This document shows, in pieces, positions 24,634-40,600 of a DNA stretch of 64,000 nt. How positions within the stretch are numbered: the stretch's first letter is position 1; each line of letters begins with the position of its first letter. Both the position numbers and the translations under genes were made by a program. The notes beneath the pieces were generated by a model. The model saw nothing but the letters and a program-made list of their open reading frames with translations. It was not told where the DNA came from and made no database searches. This DNA comes from Auanema rhodensis (Eukaryota; Animalia; Nematoda): positions 22,568,001-22,632,000 of the forward strand of contig OZ059897.1 of the NCBI GenBank assembly GCA_964057225.1, written 5' to 3'.

Positions 24634-27273
24634 GTTACATACCAAGTGCACATCACGTGTACATTTAATTAGCATAAATTAAAGTTCACGTAAATTTCAA
24701 AGTCATGGTTACCATGAACGAATATCAATAAAAATTTGTTTTTAGACTAATATGGACATGAGGAATCTAATTTTGAAAACCGCATCTCTTCATCTTTCAC
24801 GTGAAGCGAGTTACATACCAAGTGCACATCACGTGTACATTTAATTAGCATAAATTAAAGTTCACGTAAATTTCAAAGTCATGGTTACCATTCACCAATA
24901 TCAATAAAAATTTGTTTTTAGACTAATATGGACATGGGGAATCTAATTTTGAAAACCACATCTCTTTATCTTTCACGTGAAGCGAGTTACATACCAAGTG
25001 CACATCACGTGTACATTTAATTAGCATAAATTAAAGTTCACGTAAATTTCAAAGTCATGGTTACCATGCACCAATATCAATAAAAATTTGTTTTTAGACT
25101 AATATGGACATGAGGAATCTAATTTTGAAAACCGCATCTCTTTATCTTTCACGTGAAGCGAGTTACATACCAAGTGCACATCACGTGTACATTTAATTAG
25201 CATAAATTAAAGTTCACGTAAATTTCAAAGTCATGGTTACCATGAAGCAATATCAATAAAAATTTGTTTTTAGACTAATATGGACATGGGGAATCTAATT
25301 TTGAAAACCGCATCTCTTTATCTTTCACGTGAAGCGAGTTACATACCAAGTGCACATCACGTGTACATTTAATTAGCATAAATTAAAGTTCACGTAAATT
25401 TCAAAGTCATGGTTACCATGAACCAATATCAATAAAAATTTGTTTTTAGACTAATATGGACATGGGGAATCTAATTTTGAAAACCGCATCTCTTTATCTT
25501 TCACGTGAAGCGAGTTACATACCAAGTGCACATCACGTGTACATTTAATTAGCATAAATTAAAGTTCACGTAAATTTCAAAGTCATGGTTACCATGAACC
25601 AATATCAATAAAAATTTGTTTTCAGACTAATATGGACATGGGGAATCTAATTTTGAAAACCGCATCTCTTTATCTTTCACGTGAAGCGAGTTACATACCA
25701 AGTGCACATCACGTGTACATTTAATTAGCATAAATTAAAGTTCACGTAAATTTCAAAGTCATGGTTACCATGTACCAATATCAATAAAAATTTGTTTTTA
25801 GAATAATATGGACATGGGGAATCTAATTTTGAAAACCGCATCTCTTTATCTTTCACGTGAAGCGAGTTACATACCAAGTGCACATCACGTGTACATTTAA
25901 TTAGCATAAATTAAAGTTCACGTAAATTTCAAAGTCATGGTTACCATGAACCAATATCAATAAAAATTTGTTTTTAGACTAATATGGACATGGGGAATCT
26001 AATTTTGAAAACCGCATCTCTTTATCTTTCACGTGAAGCGAGTTACATACCAAGTGCACATCACGTGTACATTTAATTAGCATAAATTAAAGTTCACGTA
26101 AATTTCAAAGTCATGGTTACCATGCACCAATATCAATAAAAATTTATTTTTAGACTAATATGGACATGGGGAATCTAATTTTAAAAACCGCATCTCTTTA
26201 TCTTTCACGTGAAGCGAGTTACATACCAAGTGCACATCACGTGTACATTTAATTAGCATAAATTAAAGTTCACGTAAATTTCAAAGTCATGGTTACCATG
26301 AACCAATATCAATAAAAATTTGTTTTTAGACTAATATGGACATGAGGAATCTAATTTTGAAAACCGCATCTCTTCATCTTTCACGTGAAGCGAGTTACAT
26401 ACCAAGTGCACATCACGTGTACATTTAATTAGCATAAATTAAAGTTAAGGTAAATTTTAAAGTCATGGTTACCATTCACCAATATCAATAAAAATTTGTT
26501 TTTAGACTAATATGGACATGGGGAATCTAATTTTGAAAACCGCATCTCTTTATCTCTCACGTGAAGCGAGTTACATACCAAGTGCACATCACGTGTACAT
26601 TTAATTAGCATAAATTAAAGTTCACGTAAATTTCAAAGTCATGGTTACCATTCACCAATATCAATAAAAATTTGTTTTTAGACTAATATGGACATGGGGA
26701 ATCTAATTTTGAAAACCGCATCTCTTTATCTTTCACGTGAAGCGAGTTACATACCAAGTGCACATCACGTGTACATTTATTTAGCATAAATTAAAGTTCA
26801 CGTAAATTTCAAAGTCATGGTTACCATGAACCAATATCAATAAAAATTTGTTTTTAGACTAATATGGACATGGGGAATCTAATTTTGAAAACCGCATTTC
26901 TTTATCTTTCACGTGAAGCGAGTTACATACCAAGAGCACATCACGTGTACATTTAATTAGCATAAATTAAAGTTCACGTAAATTTCAAAGTCATGGTTAC
27001 CATGCACCAATATCAATAAAAATTTGTTTTTAGACTAATATGGACATGAGGAATCTAATTTTGAAAACCGCATCTCTTTATCTTTCACGTGAAGCGAGTT
27101 ACATACCAAGTGCACATCACGTGTACATTTAATTAGCATAAATTAAAGTTCACGTAAATTTCAAAGTCATGGTTACCATGAAGCAATATCAATAAAAATT
27201 TGTTTTTAGACTAATATGGACATGGGGAATCTAATTTTGAAAACCGCATCTCTTTATCTTTCACGTGAAGCGA

Positions 27274-28681
27274 GTTACATACCAAGTGCACATCACGTGT
27301 ACATTTAATTAGCATAAATTAAAGTTCACGTAAATTTCAAAGTCATGGTTACCATGAACCAATATCAATAAAAATTTGTTTTTAGACTAATATGGACATG
27401 GGGAATCTAATTTTGAAAACCGCATCTCTTTATCTTTCACGTGAAGCGAGTTACATACCAAGTGCACATCACGTGTACATTTAATTAGCATAAATTAAAG
27501 TTCACGTAAATTTCAAAGTCATGGTTACCATGAACTAATATCAATAAAAATTTGTTTTTAGACTAATATGGACATGGGGAATCTAATTTTGAAAACCGCA
27601 TCTCTTTATCTTTCACGTGAAGCGAGTTACATACCAAGTGCACATCACGTGTACATTTAATTAGCATAAATTAAAGTTCACGTAAATTTCAAAGTCATGG
27701 TTACCATGAACCAATATCAATAAAAATTTGTTTTTAGACTAATATGGACATGGGGAATCTAATTTTGAAAACCGCATCTCTTTATCTTTCACGTGAAGCG
27801 AGTTACATACCAAGTGCACATCACGTGTACATTTAATTAGCATAAATTAAAGTTCACGTAAATTTCAAAGTCATGGTTACCATGAACTAATATCAATAAA
27901 AATTTGTTTTTAGACTAATATGGACATGGGGAATCTAATTTTGAAAACCGCATCTCTTTATCTTTCACGTGAAGCGAGTTACATACCAAGTGCACATCAC
28001 GTGTACATTTAATTAGCATAAATTAAAGTTCACGTAAATTTCAAAGTCATGGTTACCATGAACCAATATCAATAAAAATTTGTTTTTAGACTAATATGGA
28101 CATGGGGAATCTAATTTTGAAAACCGCATCTCTTTATCTTTCACGTGAAGCGAGTTACATACCAAGTGCACATCACGTGTACATTTAATTAGCATAAATT
28201 AAAGTTCACGTAAATTTCAAAGTCATGGTTACCATGAACTAATATCAATAAAAATTTGTTTTTAGACTAATATGGACATGGGGAATCTAATTTTGAAAAC
28301 CGCATCTCTTTATCTTTCACGTGAAGCGAGTTACATACCAAGTGCACATCACGTGTACATTTAATTAGCATAAATTAAAGTTCACGTAAATTTCAAAGTC
28401 ATGGTTACCATGAACCAATATCAATAAAAATTTGTTTTTAGACTAATATGGACATGGGGAATCTAATTTTGAAAACCGCATCTCTTTATCTTTCACGTGA
28501 AGCGAGTTACATACCAAGTGCACATCACGTGTACATTTAATTAGCATAAATTAAAGTTCACGTAAATTTCAAAGTCATGGTTACCATGAACTAATATCAA
28601 TAAAAATTTGTTTTTAGACTAATATGGACATGGGGAATCTAATTCTGAAAACCGCATCTCTTTATCTTTCACGTGAAGCGA
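27274..28681. repeat. Dimeric higher-order repeat (GAACC/GAACT) x4
   Basis: The C87T allele occurs at 27536, 27888, 28240 and 28592 (352-bp period). Confidence 0.9.
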
Positions 28682-31600
28682 GTTACATACCAAGTGCACA
28701 TCACGTGTACATTTAATTAGCATAAATTAAAGTTCACGTAAATTTCAAAGTCATGGTTACCATGAACCAATATCAATAAAAATTTGTTTTTAGACTAATA
28801 TGGACATGGGGAATCTAATTTTGAAAACCGCATCTCTTTATCTTTCACGTGAAGCGAGTTACATACCAAGTGCACATCACGTGTACATTTAATTAGCATA
28901 AATTAAAGTTCACGTAAATTTCAAAGTCATGGTTACCATGAACCAATATCAATAAAAATTTGTTTTTAGACTAATATGGACATGGGGAATCTAATTTTGA
29001 AAACCGCATCTCTTTATCTTTCACGTGAAGCGAGTTACATACCAAGTGCACATCACGTGTACATTTAATTAGCATAAATTAAAGTTCACGTAAATTTCAA
29101 AGTCATGGTTACCATGAACCAATATCAATAAAAATTTGTTTTTAGACTAATATGGACATGGGGAATCTAATTTTGAAAACCGCATCTCTTTATCTTTCAC
29201 GTGAAGCGAGTTACATACCAAGTGCACATCACGTGTACATTTAATTAGCATAAATTAAAGTTCACGTAAATTTCAAAGTCATGGTTACCATGCACCAATA
29301 TCAATAAAAATTTGTTTTTAGACTAATATGGACATGGGGAATCTAATTTTGAAAACCGCATCTCTTTATCTTTCACGTGAAGCGAGTTACATACCAAGTG
29401 CACATCACGTGTACATTTAATTAGCATAAATTAAAGTTCACGTAAATTTCAAAGTCATGGTTACCATGAAGCAATATCAATAAAAATTTGTTTTTAGACT
29501 AATATGGACATGGGGAATCTAATTTTGAAAACCGCATCTCTTTATCTTTCACGTGAAGCGAGTTACATACCAAGAGCACATCACGTGTACATTTAATTAG
29601 CATAAATTAAAGTTCACGTAAATTTCAAAGTCATGGTTACCATGAACCAATATCAATAAAAATTTGTTTTTAGACTAATATGGACATGGGGAATCTAATT
29701 TTGAAAACCGCATCTCTTCATCTTTCACGTGAAGCGAGTTACATACCAAGTGCACATCACGTGTACATTTAATTAGCATAAATTAAAGTTCACGTAAATT
29801 TCAAAGTCATGGTTACCATGCACCAATATCAATAAAAATTTGTTTTTAGACTAATATGAACATGGGGAATCTAATTTTGAAAACCGCATCTCTTTATCTT
29901 TCACGTGAAGCGAGTTACATACCAAGTGCACATCACGTGTACATTTAATTAGCATAAATTAAAGTTCACGTAAATTTCAAAGTCATGGTTACCATGAACC
30001 AATATCAATAAAAATTTGTTTTTAGACTAATATGGACATGGGGAATCTAATTTTGAAAACCGCATCTCTTCATCTTTCACGTGAAGCGAGTTACATACCA
30101 AGTGCACATCACGTGTACATTTAATTAGCATAAATTAAAGTTCACGTAAATTTCAAAGTCATGGTTACCATGCACAAATATCAATAAAAATTTGTTTTTA
30201 GACTAATATGGACATGGGGAATCTAATTTTGAAAACCGCATCTCCTTATCTTTCACGTGAAGCGAGTTACATACCAAGTGCACATCACGTGTACATTTAA
30301 TTAGCATAAATTAAAGTTCACGTAAATTTCAAAGTCATGGTTACCATGCACCAATATCAATAAAAATTTGTTTTTAGACTAATATGGACATGGGGAATCT
30401 AATTTTGAAAACCGCATCTCTTTATCTTTCACGTGGAGCGAGTTACATACCAAGTGCACATCACGTGTACATTTATTTAGCATAAATTAAAGTTCACGTA
30501 AATTTCAAAGTCATGGTTACCATTCACCAATATCAATAAAAATTTGTTTTTAGACTAATATGGACATGGGGAATCTAATTTTGAAAACCGCATCTCTTTA
30601 TCTTTCACGTGAAGCGAGTTACATACCAAGTGCACATCACGTGTACATTTAATTAGCATAAATTAAAGTTCACGTAAATTTCAAAGTCATAGTTACCATG
30701 AAGCAATATCAATAAAAATTTGTTTTTAGACTAATATGGACATGGGGAATCTAATTTTGAAAACCGCATCTCTTTATCTTTCACGTGAAGCGAGTTACAT
30801 ACCAAGTGCACATCACGTGTACATTTATTTAGCATAAATTAAAGTTCACGTAAATTTCAAAGTCATGGTTACCATGAACCAATATCAATAAAAATTTGTT
30901 TTTAGACTAATATGGACATGGGGAATCTAATTTTGAAAACCGCATTTCTTTATCTTTCACGTGAAGCGAGTTACATACCAAGAGCACATCACGTGTACAT
31001 TTAATTAGCATAAATTAAAGTTCACGTAAATTTCAAAGGCATGGTTACCATGAAGCAATATCAATAAAAATTTGTTTTTAGACTAATATGGACATGGGGA
31101 ATCTAATTTTGAAAACCGCATCTCTTTATCTTTCACGTGAAGCGAGTTACATACCAAGTGCACATCACGTGTACATTTAATTAGCATAAATTAAAGTTCA
31201 CGTAAATTTCAAAGTCATGGTTACCATGAACCAATATCAATAAAAATTTGTTTTTAGACTAATATGGACATGGGGAATCTAATTTTGAAAACCGCATCTC
31301 TTTATCTTTCACGTGAAGCGAGTTACATACCAAGTGCACATCACGTGTACATTTAATTAGCATAAATTAAAGTTCACGTAAATTTCAAAGTCATGGTTAC
31401 CATGAACCAATATCAATAAAAATTTGTTTTCAGACTAATATGGACATGGGGAATCTAATTTTGAAAACCGCATCTCTTTATCTTTCACGTGAAGCGAGTT
31501 ACATACCAAGTGCACATCACGTGTACATTTAATTAGCATAAATTAAAGTTCACGTAAATTTCAAAGTCATGGTTACCATGAAGCAATATCAATAAAAATT

Positions 31601-34600
31601 TGTTTTTAGACTAATATGGACATGGGGAATCTAATTTTGAAAACCGCATCTCTTTATCTTTCACGTGAAGCGAGTTACGTACCAAGTGCACATCACGTGT
31701 ACATTTAATTAGCATTAATTAAAGTTCACGTAAATTTCAAAGTCATGGTTACCATGAACCAATATCAATAAAAATTTGTTTTTAGACTAATATGGACATG
31801 GGGAATCTAATTTTGAAAATCGCATCTCCTTATCTTTCACGTGAAGCGAGTTACATACCAAGTGCACATCACGTGTACATTTAATTAGCATAAATTAAAG
31901 TTCACGTAAATTTCAAAGTCATGGTTACCATGCACCAATATCAATAAAAATTTGTTTTTAGACTAATATGGACATGGGGAATCTAATTTTGAAAACCGCA
32001 TCTCTTTATCTTTCACGTGGAGCGAGTTACATACCAAGTGCACATCACGTGTACATTTATTTAGCATAAATTAAAGTTCACGTAAATTTCAAAGTCATGG
32101 TTACCATTCACCAATATCAATAAAAATTTGTTTTTAGACTGATATGGACATGGGGAATCTAATTTTGAAAACCGCATCTCTTTATCTTTCACGTGAAGCG
32201 AGTTACATACCAAGTGCACATCACGTGTACATTTAATTAGCATAAATTAAAGTTCACGTAAATTTCAAAGTCATGGTTACCATGAAGCAATATCAATAAA
32301 AATTTGTTTTTAGACTAATATGTACATGGGGAATCTAATTTTGAAAACCGCATCTCTTTATCTTTCACGTGAAGCGAGTTACGTACCAAGTGCACATCAC
32401 GTGTACATTTAATTAGCATTAATTAAAGTTCACGTAAATTTCAAAGTCATGGTTACCATGAACCAATATCAATAAAAATTTGTTTTTAGACTAATATGGA
32501 CATGGGGAATCTAATTTTGAAAACCGCATCTCCTTATCTTTCACGTGAAGCGAGTTACATACCAAGTGCACATCACGTGTACATTTAATTAGCATAAATT
32601 AAAGTTCACGTAAATTTCAAAGTCATGGTTACCATGCACCAATATCAATAAAAATTTGTTTTTAGACTAATATGGACATGGGGAATCTAATTTTGAAAAC
32701 CGCATCTCTTTATCTTTCACGTGGAGCGAGTTACATACCAAGTGCACATCACGTGTACATTTATTTAGCATAAATTAAAGTTCACGTAAATTTCAAAGTC
32801 ATGGTTACCATTCACCAATATCAATAAAAATTTGTTTTTAGACTAATATGGACATGGGGAATCTAATTTTGAAAACCGCATCTCTTTATCTTTCACGTGA
32901 AGCGAGTTACATACCAAGTGCACATCACGTGTACATTTAATTAGCATAAATTAAAGTTCACGTAAATTTCAAAGTCATAGTTACCATGAAGCAATATCAA
33001 TAAAAATTTGTTTTTAGACTAATATGGACATGGGGAATCTAATTTTGAAAACCGCATCTCTTTATCTTTCACGTGAAGCGAGTTACATACCAAGTGCACA
33101 TCACGTGTACATTTAATTAGCATAAATTAAAGTTCACGTAAATTTCAAAGTCATGGTTACCATGAAGCAATATCAATAAAAATTTGTTTTTAGACTAATA
33201 TGGACATGGGGAATCTAATTTTGAAAACCGCATCTCTTTATCTTTCACGTGAAGCGAGTTACATACCAAGTGCACATCACGTGTACATTTAATTAGCATA
33301 AATTAAAGTTCACGTAAATTTCAAAGTCATGGTTACCATGAACCAATATCAATAAAAATTTGTTTTTAGACTAATATGGACATGGGGAATCTAATTTTGA
33401 AAACCGCATCTCTTTATCTTTCACGTGAAGCGAGTTACATACCAAGTGCACATCACGTGTACATTTAATTAGCATAAATTAAAGTTCACGTAAATTTCAA
33501 AGTCATGGTTACCATGAACTAATATCAATAAAAATTTGTTTTTAGACTAATATGGACATGGGGAATCTAATTTTGAAAACCGCATCTCTTTATCTTTCAC
33601 GTGAAGCGAGTTACATACCAAGTGCACATCACGTGTACATTTAATTAGCATAAATTAAAGTTCACGTAAATTTCAAAGTCATGGTTACCATGAACCAATA
33701 TCAATAAAAATTTGTTTTTAGACTAATATGGACATGGGGAATCTAATTTTGAAAACCGCATCTCTTTATCTTTCACGTGAAGCGAGTTACATACCAAGTG
33801 CACATCACGTGTACATTTAATTAGCATAAATTAAAGTTCACGTAAATTTCAAAGTCATGGTTACCATGCACCAATATCAATAAAAATTTGTTTTTAGACT
33901 AATATGGACATGGGGAATCTAATTTTGAAAACCGCATCTCTTTATCTTTCACGTGGAGCGAGTTACATACCAAGTGCACATCACGTGTACATTTATTTAG
34001 CATAAATTAAAGTTCACGTAAATTTCAAAGTCATGGTTACCATTCACCAATATCAATAAAAATTTGTTTTTAGACTAATATGGACATGGGGAATCTAATT
34101 TTGAAAACCGCATCTCTTTATCTTTCACGTGAAGCGAGTTACATACCAAGTGCACATCACGTGTACATTTAATTAGCATAAATTAAAGTTCACGTAAATT
34201 TCAAAGTCATAGTTACCATGAAGCAATATCAATAAAAATTTGTTTTTAGACTAATATGGACATGGGGAATCTAATTTTGAAAACCGCATCTCTTTATCTT
34301 TCACGTGAAGCGAGTTACATACCAAGTGCACATCACGTGTACATTTAATTAGCATAAATTAAAGTTCACGTAAATTTCAAAGTCATGGTTACCATGAAGC
34401 AATATCAATAAAAATTTGTTTTTAGACTAATATGGACATGGGGAATCTAATTTTGAAAACCGCATCTCTTTATCTTTCACGTGAAGCGAGTTACATACCA
34501 AGTGCACATCACGTGTACATTTAATTAGCATAAATTAAAGTTCACGTAAATTTCAAAGTCATGGTTACCATGAACCAATATCAATAAAAATTTGTTTTTA

Positions 34601-37600
34601 GACTAATATGGACATGGGGAATCTAATTTTGAAAACCGCATCTCTTTATCTTTCACGTGAAGCGAGTTACATACCAAGTGCACATCACGTGTACATTTAA
34701 TTAGCATAAATTAAAGTTCACGTAAATTTCAAAGTCATGGTTACCATGAACTAATATCAATAAAAATTTGTTTTTAGACTAATATGGACATGGGGAATCT
34801 AATTTTGAAAACCGCATCTCTTTATCTTTCACGTGAAGCGAGTTACATACCAAGTGCACATCACGTGTACATTTAATTAGCATAAATTAAAGTTCACGTA
34901 AATTTCAAAGTCATGGTTACCATGAACCAATATCAATAAAAATTTGTTTTTAGACTAATATGGACATGGGGAATCTAATTTTGAAAACCGCATCTCTTTA
35001 TCTTTCACGTGAAGCGAGTTACATACCAAGTGCACATCACGTGTACATTTAATTAGCATAAATTAAAGTTCACGTAAATTTCAAAGTCATGGTTACCATG
35101 AACTAATATCAATAAAAATTTGTTTTTAGACTAATATGGACATGGGGAATCTAATTTTGAAAACCGCATCTCTTTATCTTTCACGTGAAGCGAGTTACAT
35201 ACCAAGTGCACATCACGTGTACATTTAATTAGCATAAATTAAAGTTCACGTAAATTTCAAAGTCATGGTTACCATGAACCAATATCAATAAAAATTAGTT
35301 TTTAGACTAATATGGACATGGGGAATCTAATTTTGAAAACCGCATCTCTTTATCTTTCACGTGAAGCGAGTTACATACCAAGTGCACATCACGTGTACAT
35401 TTAATTAGCATAAATTAAAGTTCACGTAAATTTCAAAGTCATGGTTACCATGAACCAATATCAATAAAAATTTGTTTTTAGACTAATATGGACATGGGGA
35501 ATCTAATTTTGAAAACCGCATCTCTTTATCTTTCACGTGAAGCGAGTTACATACCAAGTGCACATCACGTGTACATTTAATTAGCATAAATTAAAGTTCA
35601 CGTAAATTTCAAAGTCATGGTTACCATGAACCAATATCAATAAAAATTTGTTTTTAGACTAATATGGACATGGGGAATCTAATTTTGAAAACCGCATCTC
35701 TTTATCTTTCACGTGAAGCGAGTTACATACCAAGTGCACATCACGTGTACATTTAATTAGCATAAATTAAAGTTCACGTAAATTTCAAAGTCATGGTTAC
35801 CATGCACCAATATCAATAAAAATTTGTTTTTAGACTAATATGGACATGGGGAATCTAATTTTGAAAACCGCATCTCTTTATCTTTCACGTGAAGCGAGTT
35901 ACATACCAAGTGCACATCACGTGTACATTTAATTAGCATAAATTAAAGTTCACGTAAATTTCAAAGTCATGGTTACCATGCACCAATATCAATAAAAATT
36001 TGTTTTTAGACTAATATGAACATGGGGAATCTAATTTTGAAAACCGCATCTCTTTATCTTTCACGTGAAGCGAGTTACATACCAAGTGCACATCACGTGT
36101 ACATTTAATTAGCATAAATTAAAGTTCACGTAAATTTCAAAGTCATGGTTACCATGAACCAATATCAATAAAAATTTGTTTTTAGACTAATATGGACATG
36201 GGGAATCTAATTTTGAAAACCGCATCTCTTCATCTTTCACGTGAAGCGAGTTACATACCAAGTGCACATCACGTGTACATTTAATTAGCATAAATTAAAG
36301 TTCACGTAAATTTCAAAGTCATGGTTACCATGCACCAATATCAATAAAAATTTGTTTTTAGACTAATATGAACATGGGGAATCTAATTTTGAAAACCGCA
36401 TCTCTTTATCTTTCACGTGAAGCGAGTTACATACCAAGTGCACATCACGTGTACATTTAATTAGCATAAATTAAAGTTCACGTAAATTTCAAAGTCATGG
36501 TTACCATGAACCAATATCAATAAAAATTTGTTTTTAGACTAATATGGACATGGGGAATCTAATTTTGAAAACCGCATCTCTTCATCTTTCACGTGAAGCG
36601 AGTTACATACCAAGTGCACATCACGTGTACATTTAATTAGCATAAATTAAAGTTCACGTAAATTTCAAAGTCATGGTTACCATGCACAAATATCAATAAA
36701 AATTTGTTTTTAGACTAATATGGACATGGGGAATCTAATTTTGAAAACCGCATCTCCTTATCTTTCACGTGAAGCGAGTTACATACCAAGTGCACATCAC
36801 GTGTACATTTAATTAGCATAAATTAAAGTTCACGTAAATTTCAAAGTCATGGTTACCATGCACCAATATCAATAAAAATTTGTTTTTAGACTAATATGGA
36901 CATGGGGAATCTAATTTTGAAAACCGCATCTCTTTATCTTTCACGTGGAGCGAGTTACATACCAAGTGCACATCACGTGTACATTTATTTAGCATAAATT
37001 AAAGTTCACGTAAATTTCAAAGTCATGGTTACCATTCACCAATATCAATAAAAATTTGTTTTTAGACTAATATGGACATGGGGAATCTAATTTTGAAAAC
37101 CGCATCTCTTTATCTTTCACGTGAAGCGAGTTACATACCAAGTGCACATCACGTGTACATTTAATTAGCATAAATTAAAGTTCACGTAAATTTCAAAGTC
37201 ATAGTTACCATGAAGCAATATCAATAAAAATTTGTTTTTAGACTAATATGGACATGGGGAATCTAATTTTGAAAACCGCATCTCTTTATCTTTCACGTGA
37301 AGCGAGTTACATACCAAGTGCACATCACGTGTACATTTATTTAGCATAAATTAAAGTTCACGTAAATTTCAAAGTCATGGTTACCATGAACCAATATCAA
37401 TAAAAATTTGTTTTTAGACTAATATGGACATGGGGAATCTAATTTTGAAAACCGCATTTCTTTATCTTTCACGTGAAGCGAGTTACATACCAAGAGCACA
37501 TCACGTGTACATTTAATTAGCATAAATTAAAGTTCACGTAAATTTCAAAGTCATGGTTACCATGAAGCAATATCAATAAAAATTTGTTTTTAGACTAATA

Positions 37601-40600
37601 TGGACATGGGGAATCTAATTTTGAAAACCGCATCTCTTTATCTTTCACGTGAAGCGAGTTACATACCAAGAGCACATCACGTGTACATTTAATTAGCATA
37701 AATTAAAGTTCACGTAAATTTCAAAGTCATGGTTACCATGAAGCAATATCAATAAAAATTTGTTTTTAGACTAATATGGACATGGGGAATCTAATTTTGA
37801 AAACCGCATCTCTTTATCTTTCACGTGAAGCGAGTTACATACCAAGTGCACATCACGTGTACATTTAATTAGCATAAATTAAAGTTCACGTAAATTTCAA
37901 AGTCATGGTTACCATGAAGCAATATCAATAAAAATTTGTTTTTAGACTAATATGGACATGGGGAATCTAATTTTGAAAACCGCATCTCTTTATCTTTCAC
38001 GTGAAGCGAGTTACGTACCAAGTGCACATCACGTGTACATTTAATTAGCATTAATTAAAGTTCACGTAAATTTCAAAGTCATGGTTACCATGAACCAATA
38101 TCAATAAAAATTTGTTTTTAGACTAATATGGACATGGGGAATCTAATTTTGAAAACCGCATCTCTTTATCTTTCACGTGAAGCGAGTTACATACCAAGTG
38201 CACATCACGTGTACATTTAATTAGCATAAATTAAAGTTCACGTAAATTTCAAAGTCATGGTTACCATGCACCAATATCAATAAAAATTTGTTTTTAGACT
38301 AATATGGACATGGGGAATCTAATTTTGAAAACCGCATCTCTTTATCTTTCACGTGAAGCGAGTTACATACCAAGTGCACATCACGTGTTCATTTAATTAG
38401 CATAAATTAAAGTTCACGTAAATTTCAAAGTCATGGTTACCATGCACCAATATCAATAAAAATTTGTTTTTAGACTAATATGGACATGGGGAATCTAATT
38501 TTGAAAACCGCATCTCTTTATCTTTCACGTGAAGCGAGTTACATACCAAGTGCACATCACGTGTACATTTAATTAGCATAAATTAAAGTTCACGTAAATT
38601 TCAAAGTCATGGTTACCATGCACCAATATCAATAAAAATTTGTTTTTAGACTAATATGAACATGGGGAATCTAATTTTGAAAACCGCATCTCTTTATCTT
38701 TCACGTGAAGCGAGTTACATACCAAGTGCACATCACGTGTACATTTAATTAGCATAAATTAAAGTTCACGTAAATTTCAAAGTCATGGTTACCATGAACC
38801 AATATCAATAAAAATTTGTTTTTAGACTAATATGGACATGGGGAATCTAATTTTGAAAACCGCATCTCTTCATCTTTCACGTGAAGCGAGTTACATACCA
38901 AGTGCACATCACGTGTACATTTAATTAGCATAAATTAAAGTTCACGTAAATTTCAAAGTCATGGTTACCATGCACAAATATCAATAAAAATTTGTTTTTA
39001 GACTAATATGGACATGGGGAATCTAATTTTGAAAACCGCATCTCTTTATCTTTCACGTGAAGCGAGTTACATACCAAGTGCACATCACGTGTACATTTAA
39101 TTAGCATAAATTAAAGTTCACGTAAATTTCAAAGTCATAGTTACCATGAAGCAATATCAATAAAAATTTGTTTTTAGACTAATATGGACATGGGGAATCT
39201 AATTTTGAAAACAGCATCTCTTTATCTTTCACGTGAAGCGAGTTACATACCAAGTGCACATCACGTGTACATTTATTTAGCATAAATTAAAGTTCACGTA
39301 AATTTCAAAGTCATGGTTACCATGAACCAATATCAATAAAAATTTGTTTTTAGACTAATATGGACATGGGGAATCTAATTTTGAAAACCGCATTTCTTTA
39401 TCTTTCACGTGAAGCGAGTTACATACCAAGAGCACATCACGTGTACATTTAATTAGCATAAATTAAAGTTCACGTAAATTTCAAAGTCATGGTTACCATG
39501 AAGCAATATCAATAAAAATCTGTTTTTAGACTAATATGGACATGGGGAATCTAATTTTGAAAACCGCATCTCTTTATCTTTCACGTGAAGCGAGTTACAT
39601 ACCAAGTGCACATCACGTGTACATTTAATTAGCATAAATTAAAGTTCACGTAAATTTCAAAGTCATGGTTACCATGAAGCAATATCAATAAAAATTTGTT
39701 TTTAGACTAATATGGACATGGGGAATCTAATTTTGAAAACCGCATCTCTTTATCTTTCACGTGAAGCGAGTTACATACCAAGTGCACATCACGTGTACAT
39801 TTAATTAGCATAAATTAAAGTTCACGTAAATTTCAAAGTCATGGTTACCATGAAGCAATATCAATAAAAATTTGTTTTTAGACTAATATGGACATGGGGA
39901 ATCTAATTTTGAAAACCGCATCTCTTCATCTTTCACGTGAAGCGAGTTACATACCAAGTGCACATCACGTGTACATTTAATTAGCATTAATTAAAGTTCA
40001 CGTAAATTTCAAAGTCATGGTTACCATGAACCAATATCAATAAAAATTTGTTTTTAGACTAATATAGACATGGGGAATCTAATTTTGAAAACCGCATCTC
40101 TTTATCTTTCACGTGAAGCGAGTTACATACCAAGTGCACATCACGTGTACATTTAATTAGCATAAATTAAAGTTCACGTAAATTTCAAAGTCATGGTTAC
40201 CATGAACTAATATCAATAAAAATTTGTTTTTAGACTAATATGGACATGGGGAATCTAATTGTGAAAACCGCATCTCTTTATCTTTCACGTGAAGCGAGTT
40301 ACATACCAAGTGCACATCACGTGTACATTTAATTAGCATAAATTAAAGTTCACGTAAATTTCAAAGTCATGGTTACCATGAACCAATATCAATAAAAATT
40401 TGTTTTTAGACTAATATGGACATGGGGAATCTAATTTTGAAAACCGCATCTCTTTATCTTTCACGTGAAGCGAGTTACATACCAAGTGCACATCACGTGT
40501 ACATTTAATTAGCATAAATTAAAGTTCACGTAAATTTCAAAGTCATGGTTACCATGCACAAATATCAATAAAAATTTGTTTTTAGACTAATATGGACATG

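Noticed and set aside
25725-25907. 60-aa minus-strand ORF MLIKCTRDVH...
   Set aside because: It spans about one satellite monomer. It exists only because C114A converts the consensus TAG stop to TAT. There is no gene context or recognisable domain.
32061-32243. 60-aa minus-strand ORF (Q variant)
   Set aside because: The same stop is removed by the private SNP A116G at 32131, which is absent from the unit-2 counterpart. This is chance read-through.
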